Assembly (NCBI RefSeq): GCF_001194135.2
Contig: NC_068992.1
Coordinates: forward strand, 41,452,354-41,491,279
DNA length: 38,926 nucleotides
Direction of reading: 5' to 3'
Origin: Octopus bimaculoides
Taxonomy: Eukaryota
Shown: positions 1-10,778 of the stretch, piece by piece
How the letters are laid out: each line of letters opens with the position of its first letter
Position numbering within the stretch: position 1 is the stretch's first letter
The notes under the pieces: model-generated
What the model saw: the letters and a program-made list of their open reading frames with translations, nothing else
Told to the model about the DNA's origin: nothing
Databases searched by the model: none
Position numbers and translations under genes: made by a program

Positions 1-10
1 TATATACACA

Positions 11-175
11 CGACGAGCTTCTTTCAGTTACCGTCTACAAAATCCACTCACAAGGCTATGGTCGGCCCGAGGGCCACAGTAGAAGTCACTTGTCGAAGGT
101 ACCACGCAGTGGAACTGAACCCACAACCATGTATTTCGGAAGACAGATTCTTAGAACACAGCCACTCCTGTGCCT
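11..175 (-). mobile_element. tRNA-derived SINE, group A, 5' half
   Basis: Reverse complement matches the other group A copies here (36958, 16813, 4071): GCACAGGAGTGGCTGTGT head ... GAGTGGATTTTGTAGACGGTAACTGAAAGAAGCTCGTCG. Confidence 0.85.
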
Positions 176-177
176 AT

Positions 178-222
<45 letters not shown>

Positions 223-241
223 CACACAGACACGCACACAT
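176..241. repeat. (CA)n microsatellite
   Basis: Direct reading. Confidence 0.95.
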
Positions 242-249
242 AAAATAGG

Positions 250-563
250 AGCATTCATTCGGTTACGACGACGTGGGTCCCAGCTGATGTGGTCAACGGA
301 ACAGCTTGCACATGAAATTAAAGTGAAAGTGGCTGAGCATTCCACAGACACGTGTACCCTTAACGTAGTTCTCAGTGAGATTCAGCGTGAAACAGAATGT
401 AACAAGACTGGCCCTTCGAAATATAGGTACTACTCATTTTTGACAGCTGAGTGGACTAGAGCAACGTGAAATAAAGTGACTTGCTCAAGGACACCACGCG
501 TCGTCGAGAATTGAACTCACGACCCTACGATCTTGAGCCACTCACCCTTAAACGCAACCTCAC
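250..563 (-). mobile_element. tRNA-derived SINE, group C
   Basis: Shares GAGTGGACTAGAGCAACGTGAAATAAAGTGACTTGCTCAAGGAC and a B-box-like GAATTGAACTC with copies at 24685-24931 and 34290-34568; tRNA-like head at the high-coordinate end. Confidence 0.8.
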
Positions 564-1231
564 AAACATACATATATTTTCATACACACATATATATATA
601 TTATAAAACATATAATCTCAGGGTTTATGAGAGGGGAATACATTTATTTAATCACTTGACATCATGATGCTGACGGCCATTTCCAAGCCTTCTTCATGTA
701 AAAATGATTTCAGTTTTCTATAAATGATGGTTACGTGTCTGTATCAATCTGTATGCTTTGTGTTATGCAATTATATTGTATATTTATAATTATATATTTA
801 TAAGCAGTCTCGGTAAAGAATGCTAATCATCAGATCAGCATGGTTACGCCAGCGGTTCAACTCTCCAATCATTAGTGTAAACTTAATAGTCTTGTGATAT
901 CCTTTGTTTGTCTCAGAATAGCCTACACTTTACCTCAGCAGGTCCTTCGGTGATTATTCCTTGATTCTCCTTTCTGCAACAAAGTTGTGTATGTTTAGTA
1001 AAATTCTAGAAAAACTTTCACATTTTATTTTTATTAGCAAGTCTCTTGAAAGTCCATTACAGCCGATGTGAATTGGTTTCGTGCTGTTGAATGTCAGCCG
1101 TTCTGAATATTCTCTCTACATGATGTATTACATGTTATACATCTAGTTGCAAACACTTTCGTCGATGAATCTTATTGACTTCTGGAGGAAATATTGCTGA
1201 ATTGGTGATTTAGACACTAAATGATATTACA

Positions 1232-1410
1232 CACTAGGTCAAAATGGTTAATAGCACTTCGTCCTTCATTAAGTCGTGTTCAAAATTCGCCGACGTGAAA
1301 TTTACCTTTCATCTTTCGCTGTCGATAAAACAAGTACCAGTTAAGCACTGGGGTCGATGTAATCGACTAAGCTCCTAAGCAGAACTTGCTGGCTTTGTTT
1401 TAAATTTTGA
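1232..1410 (+). mobile_element. SINE group B, diverged copy
   Basis: Core TTTACCTTTCATC...GTCGATAAAACAAGTACCAG...CACTGGGGTCGATGTAATCGACT, shared with more than 10 copies in the window. Confidence 0.8.
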
Positions 1411-1444
1411 AATCAGTATTGATTTCGATTTTCAAAAACGCAAC

Positions 1445-1642
1445 GATCTGGCGCAATCGTCAGCACGCCGGTGAAAATTCTTAGCGACATTACGTTCTGA
1501 GTTCAAATTCCGCTGAGGTTGACTTTGCTTTTCATCATTTCGGGGACTATAAAATGAGTACCAGTTGATCACCGAGATTGATGTAACTGTCTAACCCCTT
1601 CCTTCGAAATTGCTGGCCTGGTGCCATGACGTGAAACCAATA
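1445..1642 (+). mobile_element. SINE group B
   Basis: CGTTCTGAGTTCAAATTCCGCTGAGGTTGACTTTGCTTTTCATCATTTCGGGG...AAATGAGTACCAG core. Confidence 0.85.
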
Positions 1643-1764
1643 TATATTTTTCTTGTGGCTTGCACTTGAGGAATTTAGGTTTCATTACACGTACACCTTT
1701 TACGCCAGAATGGATCTTTTGATTCCCTTCATGTGCTACTGCATCACGGTGTATCATTTTAGTA

Positions 1765-1975
1765 GCTACTAATGTGCCGGAGAAAAAAATGCGTAGCAAC
1801 ATGTCTTCCGATTTCACGTTCTGAGTTGAAACGTCGCTGACTTTGCCTTTCATCTTTTCTTCATTTCCGGGTGGCTAAGATAAGGACCAGTTGACCACCG
1901 GTCACAATGCGATCGACTTGGTCCATCTCAGCCTCACTCGAAAGTGGTTATCTTGAGCTAAAATTGGAAACCAAT
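1765..1975 (+). mobile_element. SINE group B, diverged copy
   Basis: CGTTCTGAGTTGAAA...GACTTTGCCTTTCATC core and AAAATTGGAAACCAA tail. Confidence 0.7.
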
Positions 1976-1999
1976 TCACAGCATATAATTAATAGCTAT

Positions 2000-2131
2000 T
2001 TCTACTCTACGCACAAGGCCTTGGAAATTTTTGGGGAAAGTTGATTACATCGTCTTCAGTGCATAACTGGTACTTATTCCATCGACCCCGGAGGGATGAA
2101 AGGCAAATTCGACGTCGGTGGGCTGAATATA
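2000..2131 (-). mobile_element. SINE group B, 5'-truncated
   Basis: CTGGTACTTATTCCATCGACCCCGGAGGGATGAAAGGCAAATTCGAC is the reverse complement of the group B core. Confidence 0.8.
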
Positions 2132-2647
2132 TATTAATAGTACCATTTGAGAAATATCTTAATATTTATTTACTTCTTCTATTCAATATCTACTCAACAC
2201 TTGATATTTCTACTCATTATATAGTTTAGTATTTAATATTTCTCAGCTTTAGTAACGTCCGTTACTGTAGACTTAAACCAGTTGGTTACATTTCAAAACA
2301 GAGGAGAAACTTCGGGTAATTATATATTCCCACTTCAGTGGCATAGGTATGCTCCTTGGAAATTACTTCTGCCCTGTTAAAATACGTTCTTATATGTCGA
2401 TGAATCTGAAGTGTTCGTACTCGTCCCTGCTGCTATTTGCATATTCTTAATTCTGGCTGGTAGGGGTCATTTTCATAATTGCGTATGTATATTTTATGCG
2501 GTACTGTAGTTTTAGTTTTCTGTATTAATACTATTTGAATGTGTTTGCATAGTTCTATGTCTATGGTATTAGTTGTCGATATGTAAAAGCCAATATTTAC
2601 GTTTAAGTGAAACATTTTAAGTAATATCTTTCTATCTAACATTAGTT

Positions 2648-2853
2648 TCAAATTTTAGCGCAAGGCCAGCAATATTGCTGAAGGATTAAGTCGATTATAT
2701 CGACCCCAGTTTTTACTGTTACTTATTGTATCAACCCCTGAAGAATAAAAAGCAAATTCGAACACGGAGGAATTTGATCTCAGACCGTAATGACGGACGA
2801 AATGCCGCTAATAATTTTGACCGGTGCGGTAAGGATTCTACCATCTCGCTGCT
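2648..2853 (-). mobile_element. SINE group B, near full length
   Basis: Reverse-complement core plus head (GGAATTTGATCTCAGACCGTAA...GAAATGCCGCTAA...TTCTACCATCTCGCTGCT). Confidence 0.8.
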
Positions 2854-3834
2854 TTTTAGTATTTCGAATATTAAATCCACCAATCCTTAGAAATCACGCA
2901 AATATTTGCTTACAAATATTTCTCAAAATATTCAAAATATCAATTCTTAAAAAGTCAAGATACGCTTAATCATAAATAATGAGCTTATTTCACAATCAAA
3001 GTGGATAATGTTACATTTTTGTATAATCCATCGTTTTTTATACATATTTTCAATAATATTTACAATATTTTCTTGATTTATTTGACATATGACGGGTAAT
3101 TTGTTTTAGAGAAAAACTAGGGAGATGATTACTGTTTAAGTTATTATTGCGACGTAATATGTAACTTACATACAAGATCTTATTGCCATTTCTTATAATC
3201 GTCTTAAAGTACAATTATGCAGGATTCTATAATATGGAATATTCGCCATTGAAGAATCGATAAGACGACATTAAATTGCGCATTAGCATCGAAAGATTAT
3301 CTTTGAACACATAATACAATTTGTACGAGTGAAATTTCAGTCTGAAAAACTGAAGCTATTCCTTCCTAAAAATCGTTTGCTAGGTTTCTGACCTGACAAT
3401 ACACATCAAAACACGTTTGACAAATAGCGTAACCAATGGCAGAATTAAGTTATTCATGAAACTAAATAACTATGTTGCTTGCTCTACCTTGCAGAGAGAA
3501 TCACTACAAAAGAAGTTATGACATTTCATATATCTTTTTAACTAAATGAGTAATATATACCTGCATAGAGCCATTCTCTTACAACGATCTTTCTTCTTGT
3601 CTGTTTTACCTGACATTTTAATTTAATCTTCTCGTCGTTTAGTCAATCCAGTTTCTGCTTTGTCGCCCACACATGAAACAGAATACAAATTTATTCCACC
3701 CCCACCTTGGAATATATATTCCTCAGTGTGTACGCACACACATACATACATACATACATACATACATACATACATGCATACATGTATTTGTTTATAGTGA
3801 TCAAATGTATGTACTATACGTTAACTAACTCCCT

Positions 3835-4022
3835 CCATCCAATTGACGTTACCTGAACAGGTGCACGGTGTACCACCCATCAGGTGTCGAAGTGATCGCA
3901 GAACAGCCTGACAGCAAGCGTTTTGCTCAAGAACACAGCACAGAACCTATTCTAGGATTTGAAACCACCACACGATCACATGATCGAGAGTGCAACGCCC
4001 TTACCACTAAGGCGTGCATTCT
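3835..4022 (-). mobile_element. tRNA-derived SINE, group C-related variant
   Basis: TTTTGCTCAAGAACACAGCAC...GGATTTGAAACCAC...GTGCAACGCCCTTACCACTAAGGC: group C central motif and tRNA-like head on the minus strand. Confidence 0.65.
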
Positions 4023-4070
4023 TCCTATATATATATACATATATATACATATATATGTGTGTGTGGGGGT

Positions 4071-4329
4071 GTGCAGAAGTGGGTGTGTGTCAAGTAGCTT
4101 GCTTACCCAACACATGGTTCCGAGTTTAGTCCCACTACGTAGCCCGTTGGGCAAGTGTCTTTTACTATAGTCTCGGGCCGACAGGAGCCTTGCGAGTGGA
4201 TTTGGTAGGCGGAAACTGAAAGAAGCCCGTCGTATATATATATATATNNNNNNNNNNNNNNNNNNNNNNNNNNNNNNNNNNNNNNNNNNNNNNNNNNNNN
4301 NNNNNNNNNNNNNNNNNNNNNNNNNNNNN

Positions 4330-4373
<44 letters not shown>

Positions 4374-4560
4374 TCTCCCTCCCCCAACCTCGCTTGACAA
4401 CCGATGCTGGTGTGTTTACGTTCCCGTAACATAGCGGTTCGGCAAACGAGACCGATAGAATAAATACCAGGCCTACAAAGAATAAGTCCTGTGGTCGATT
4501 TGCTCGACTAAAGGCGGTGCTCCAGTATGGCCGCAGTTAAATGACTGAAAAAAATAAAAG
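4071..4560 (+). mobile_element. SINE group A, full length, with internal (TA)/(TG) microsatellite and N-gap
   Basis: Head AAGTAGCTTGCTTACCCAACACATGGTTCCGAGTTTAGTCCC; middle GAGTGGATTTGGTAGGCGGAAACTGAAAGAAGCCCGTCG; 3' part CGCTTGACAACCGATGCTGG...AAAGGCGGTGCTCCAG...ATGACTGAAA. Confidence 0.9.
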
Positions 4561-4589
4561 AATATATAAGCAAACTCGAGATAAAAAAA

Positions 4590-4790
4590 CAAGAAAAATC
4601 CATAAATGTGAAGGGGTCGGGGGTACACATTGAAGATATTAGATTGACGTTTAGTAAAAGTTTTAAATGGTAAAAAATATGAGTAGAAATATGGTTTCGA
4701 GCATAGCTCTTTGTCGGATAGGGGCGAAATTGCCAGAGAAGAAGAAAAGGAGGAAGGGAAGGGCGGTCAGTCCGGAGAATAGTATGTGTG
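4590..4790 (-). mobile_element. Short repeat with decayed hammerhead-like core (putative Penelope-like terminal fragment)
   Basis: Minus strand reads CCGACAA-A-GAG-CTATG-CTC-GAAAC (4717-4694); flanks loosely resemble 16262-16455. Confidence 0.4.
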
Positions 4791-6041
4791 CAATTATATG
4801 GCTCTTTATTTATAATGTATGTATTATACGGTAGTGCAATATTTTCCAATAACGTGTATGAAGATTTCTAGAACCTTCCAACAGGAATCAAGTAAAGATT
4901 TAAAGATTCCATTTATACTCTTGTATGGACGTTGTTTCTTTATTGTAAGGAAACGGAACATTATTAACTCTGTTTATTTCTCAGTGCTCCAATTTGATCA
5001 CAATAGCAGAATTTTTCCTACCTACGAAAAGAGATATTGAGCAAAATGTTCTTTGAGATGTAATACCTGAATACAAGAATTGATGGTCACAACTGGAACG
5101 CTTTAGATCTATTTTACCATGGTTGATCTGGGGATAAATGACAACAAGAATCCTGTTCAGAAATATCTCAGAGTTAAGTCGTTTGAAATATACGCAATAT
5201 CTATTGTCCAAGACAGCGGAGGAAACGTCGTGCCAGCAGTTACTTCATCACGTATTATTCCTTCCCGGCCATATATTCTCCCAGTTCTTGGAACTAATAA
5301 TCAATTTTCAATTCCTCGATCTAATTTTATCACAATACTTAGACGTGACTGGACAACATATAAAAAACAACACCAAAACAAAAACAAAAACAAAAAACAG
5401 TACTGTTGTCACATTGTTGTAGAATCTCGTCTCAGTAAGAACTATTCACCAAATCATGTTTCGATAAAACGAACAGCATGAATAAAAGTTATAAATTCTA
5501 ATGTTCTTTATCAACAGTTCATAATAATGAAATACAAAGAAAAAAATTATCTAGTGATATATAATGTTATTGTTTCAAGAACTGATTATTGTCGTTCTTT
5601 CATCAACCTCCATTCTATAATTCCTACTCTATCATGTATTTGGATGGAGGATTTTTTGCCCTTTGTTTCATGTGAAGTGCTATGTAACCGTTGATAATAT
5701 CAGCCACATCAAAGGAATTAAGAAATGTCACTTCAGACAGAAAATTTAAACCAAATTCTCTTGATCTGCTGGATTGAAAGGACATCTTATGTATTAAATT
5801 TTATTAACTCTTCTACTATTGTCATCTTTGCTTTAAGTATAGAACAAGATATTAACGTTAAAAAAGCATCGAGAGGAGTACCCAGGATATGATCTGCTTT
5901 AATTGTAGATTCACCCTCATTTCTCAGATGATGGTGTTTGGGCAATGCAAATGATATGCTTTGCACAAAAACACAAGTCAACTTACGCTTATATGTTCAG
6001 AATCTAATCGCTAGAACATATGACTTCATTGACACACACAT

Positions 6042-6083
<42 letters not shown>

Positions 6084-6329
6084 CACACATATATATCCAT
6101 ATAAGCACGCATATATAACTACGCACTCGCACACATATACAGTTATAGCCAATTGTTTTATACAGATGTTTAACTGTACATGATTGATCTGTATATGATC
6201 AATATTAACCTTTCCAACAGTACTGGGCCTGCCACATAAAATCCATTTCTTCTGATTGTTTTTACCATCGAATCCTCTAAGAATAATTCCCATTAACTAT
6301 AATTAAATCGTAATGTATGCATGATTTTG

Positions 6330-6835
6330 TAGTTCGAACTTTGCGTTCACCATCATTGGAGAGAAAATCGGAGACGAAATCAATCACTGTAAAGGAAGGT
6401 TTGAGAATTTGTTGGATGCAGGGTTCACTGGATGCTCCCGAGTCTACGACAAATAGCGGACGAGAGAAAATAGGCTGCCAGAAATTTGTCGGAAGCTGCT
6501 GCGAAAACAAACCACAACGTTAGGGTCAAGAGAGAGGACGAATGATGCAACAAAATACAAACATTCAGAATGATCAAAACATTTCACCCATAGACGCAAC
6601 AAAGCTCGGGTTATTGTGCAGGAGCTTTGTCGCTTATACCGGTGGGTGGTCTGGGGCAGATTTGGGGTCGCGATCGAAGGAGCCGTAACACATACAGAGC
6701 TCTTTCATTGCTTGATGAGATATCGATTCCTGAATTGGTAGACGGACTGCAGTAGCACAGTACCCTCAGTACACAAGTATTCACCTGAATTAATGTAATT
6801 AGTGTAAATATTTAATGAATTACTAACATGCATAC

Positions 6836-6866
<31 letters not shown>

Positions 6867-7040
6867 CATACATACATACATACATACATACATGTATGCA
6901 TGCATGGATGCATACATACAAACTAACAAAAATACCCTGTTGTTGATGTTGAAATTCCAATGAAGGAGCCTTGGATCTAGGTTAGAAACCGGTTCTTTCT
7001 CTATTGCCCCAAAATCTTGAAATAAACTGAATAATGTCAT
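6330..7040 (+). mobile_element. Unclassified decayed element, possibly a LINE 3' end with (CATA)n tail
   Basis: GC-richer than its flanks; one frame (6334-6747) has only two internal stops; ends in (CATA)n. No diagnostic motif recognised. Confidence 0.3.
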
Positions 7041-7160
7041 ACATACATACATACATAATACATGCATACATACATACATATTTGCGTGGTTGCATGCATA
7101 CATACATACATACATATTTACATGCATACATGTATACATACATACGTACATACATACATA
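6826..7160. repeat. (CATA)n microsatellite blocks
   Basis: Direct reading: two blocks separated by about 120 bp of unique sequence. Confidence 0.9.
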
Positions 7161-8049
7161 TATTTAGCTGTGGGTTCGATTCCCATACATACTAATACCC
7201 AATCTTTTTCGCCGAAGGCTTATATGTCCCAAATGACTCTATTCTTTAGCCAATATACGGTGATCACTTATAAGCTATAAGCTCATAATTATTTACAACA
7301 CACACACACACACACACACATATTGTAAAATTATAAGTATGGTTATCAAATATTTACATCTCTTTCATCGAAGCGCGTAGCTGAAATGTGTATCAGGTTC
7401 TTGTGCAGTACGCCTTTAAAGCCGCAAGTGCACAAGCGTGACTACTTAAACTAATCAAGCCAATTATATATCAATTACTCAAAAAGTACTAAGATGCCAA
7501 GCGTTCATTATATAAATGCTTTTGTTGCATGCATCGTGTGAAGTTAGAAACATGCAAGTTCAGCAAAATTAAAATGTTTCTTTACTTTACTTCTATAAAT
7601 ACGAAATTATCCAGCAAGTTAATTTCATAACTGCCATCACACACCATTAAGTGCTATTATATTATATTATATTACATAATATTATTTAATATTGCCGTTA
7701 CATATAATTATATTATGTACGCAATATTTTAACCTCTTGATATCATATGGTATTAAGCAAATACTCTATGTTGCATAATCTATTGAAATACAATGATTGC
7801 ATTATGTTTCATATTCTAAGAAGACTCGTATTCCTATTCTGTATAGATATATTCGGTTGGAAAGAAAGACCGATCACGTTTTGATCCGATCAGTTTGCGG
7901 ACACTTTTCTTAATACTTATAGCAAAATAAACATGAATCTTTTACACTCCCATACTTTAAACTTTCTTCGCAGATTAGTGTCTTCCATAGTTGTTTAATT
8001 CGTATCGGTTTTACTTTTTAAAATTCTGCTTAGATTAGATTTATTTCAG

Positions 8050-8690
8050 ACACTGCATGTTGTACGAATTAATTAGCAAGGTTAAAAGTACTCGCGAGCA
8101 TAACTGGGTTTGTTTATTTCCAATTACGAAAATTTTCGATTTAGGCCAATCGTGTAATCGGAGAAATGAGAGGTGGCTATATGAAGATTCCTCTGATGAT
8201 TCTAGAGTGATACCCACTAAGCTTCCAGCTACTTGCGATGTCCTAGACTGGTAAGCAACGAAAGTATTCTCATGCCACATCACATATTACTGTTCTGTCA
8301 TGGAAGTAGGAGCTGAGTCATTGGAGAGAATTCTTATGCTATTTATGGGTGAATACACAGTGGTTATACAGGTTCAGAAAAACAACATAGACACAAACTC
8401 AGTACCTTATCACAAATTCCTGGTAACCTAAACATGGGGTGTCAAACAATCTTTACGATCATGAAACACCAAACTTGTGGCCTCCCAAACTCCCAAAATC
8501 CCACGAACTACTACGTTTAGATCGTTGATAAAAGGGGCATTTATTGGTATCTTTAGTATATCATAGATTCACTGAAGGCTGCTATTGTCAATGTGATATC
8601 CGAAGTCAATATGGACCATTTAGTGCAGGCATATAAATGTTTCTGGTCGTACAATGAAAGTGTCAGTAAACTTATGAGGACTGATAGAAA
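8050..8690 (+). pseudogene. Decayed Tc1/mariner transposase, DD37D (maT)-like
   Basis: Pieced translation: K-I-F-D-L-G-Q-S-C-NRRNERWL...TKLPAT (cf. KNFDQDQKVNRRNDRWL...TKFPAT); VSNESILMPHH (cf. VSNEGHVMPPH); SVPYHK (cf. DSAPSHK); PNLWPP/NSQNPTNYYV* (cf. WPPNSPDLNPLDYYVW); IDSLKAAIVNV. Several frameshifts and stops; no TIRs seen. Comparison motifs are recalled family consensus. Confidence 0.8.
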
Positions 8691-9559
8691 TCCGCGAATA
8701 TGTGAACAGATTTTTTATTGAAATACCCAAGGTGCTACATCAGTGTTGCTTTATATAATTACCAGATATATTCTTAAATGCCTCTCTGTTACTTTATATA
8801 TTGGAGTATAGAGATTCTATACTCAGTAATGATTGCAAGCAGTATATACTGCAATTCACAATCTACACAGCCACACACTCTCATACATACAAACACACGT
8901 ACATGCACACGTACGCATACATACACTCATACATACATACATACATACATGCATACATACATGGACGTACATGTACTCACCACACACACTCACAAACATA
9001 TATATGTAAACATTGATGGACATAGCTATATCAGCTCTGGCACTCACAGTCGCTGTTCACTATAAACACACAAACTGTGTTTGATGCTAATTTAATTTAT
9101 TATGAAACTATCGTCTGTTTTCAAGTTTTCATTTCTTCTCATCTTCCTCTTTGAATGTTATCGTTTTATATATTTTTCTTTCATATTTTCTAGCAGCAAA
9201 AAAGTTTTCCTAAATTAAATACACACGTAAACAGATGTAAATATATATAGACACAGAAAAATATGCATACATATACTAACACACACACTTAGAGAGCAAA
9301 CACGCTCAGACACATTTAGTTTTCTCCCCAAATACATTAATACAAAAATTATTTATCTTAAACAAAGCAAAATAAAAATGAATAAAAAGCATTGGAATCG
9401 TACATACAATTACAACGCTTATATAAAAGTCAATATCATACATTGGTATACAAAGATTCAAACAGAGGCACATACGCGCTCAGCACACATTAATTTACAG
9501 TTACTTATATGTGTATAGTCTATCATATTTAGACATAGATAGAAATATACGCAAGTATA

Positions 9560-9714
9560 TAAGTGTATATAGACGAAATGATGTATGCATGTCTATACAT
9601 ATGCTTGTCTGTCAGTCTATCTATCTATCTGTCTATCTATCTTATTATCTATCTTGGTATATATATATATATTTATATATATATTTTTTGGCATATCCGG
9701 AGCCCCATTGTCTG

Positions 9715-9745
<31 letters not shown>

Positions 9746-9790
9746 GCACAATGCAGTATATATATTATGGTATATCCGGAGCCCCCATTG

Positions 9791-9846
<56 letters not shown>

Positions 9847-9976
9847 CATACATATACTCACACACACACACAAACACACACACACAAACACACATACGCA
9901 AACGCATGCAAACATATAAGCACGCACACACAGAGACATACATACACATACGTATTTATATGTATATATATATATC

Positions 9977-10017
<41 letters not shown>

Positions 10018-10028
10018 ATATGTATATA
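9560..10028. repeat. Compound microsatellite (TCTA/TA/CA/TG)
   Basis: Direct reading. Confidence 0.9.
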
Positions 10029-10734
10029 TCTAGATACTGTTAAAAGTGGAGTTCAGTGTTGTGTGCTTGCTTGTTTGCAATATTACACAGCCAAACTGGC
10101 GCATAATAGGAAAATACTTTGAAAATAAAATGCCCTGAAATGTGATTAAAACAAGTTTCGAATTAAACAAGTTTCGAATAAAACAAGTTTCGCGTAAATC
10201 GGACCAGTAGTTATTGAGATATTCGGTGTTTTAGAGTATAAATACCCCAAACGGTGCTTAATGGGGAAATACTCCGGAAATGACTTTACCCTGAAAGGGA
10301 AGAAATTCTAGCCTTTCCATTACACACATTATGATAGGCAAAATATTTTAAAGTTAAAATGTTTTTTAAAAATACAGTAAATATTTCGTAAAAGACCCGC
10401 TCATAGGTTTCTTTCGGATGCATTCAACGTATCTCACCTTCAAAAATGCGGCTGCTATTTCTAGCACACCCTGCTACCAAGTAACAGGTATTTGTAATAA
10501 AGAACAGAAAGTAACTGTTACGTGGTAGCAGGTCATGCAAGAAATAATAGCCAACTCTTTCCTTTTCTAGGGGAAGAAGCCGTTTACGCGTGATTTCGAT
10601 ATCACATTCGCCGAAAGCATGCAAAATAACATTGAACAGAAAAAAAAAACACGAAACAAATCTCCGTTGCTGGGAAAATCAGACCTTCCCAGTGCCCCAA
10701 CGGATCACGGGTGGTTTAGTCTAGTCTAGTCTAG
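10029..10734 (+). mobile_element. Non-autonomous Helitron-like element, copy 1
   Basis: Starts A|TC (TCTAGATACTGTTAAAAG); has GTGCTTGCTTGTTT and CAAGTTTCGCGTAAATCGG core; ends with a GC-rich stem then CTAG|T. Homologous to 15477-16170. Confidence 0.75.

Positions 10735-10778
<44 letters not shown>

Noticed and set aside
8057-8254. ORF read as a ricin-B/beta-trefoil exon (CL...C...ERW with a 39-aa LYE repeat)
   Set aside because: The same residues and the downstream frames align collinearly to DD37D-like transposase motifs (NRRNDRWL, TKFPAT, WPPNSPD, DSLKAAI), which explains them better.
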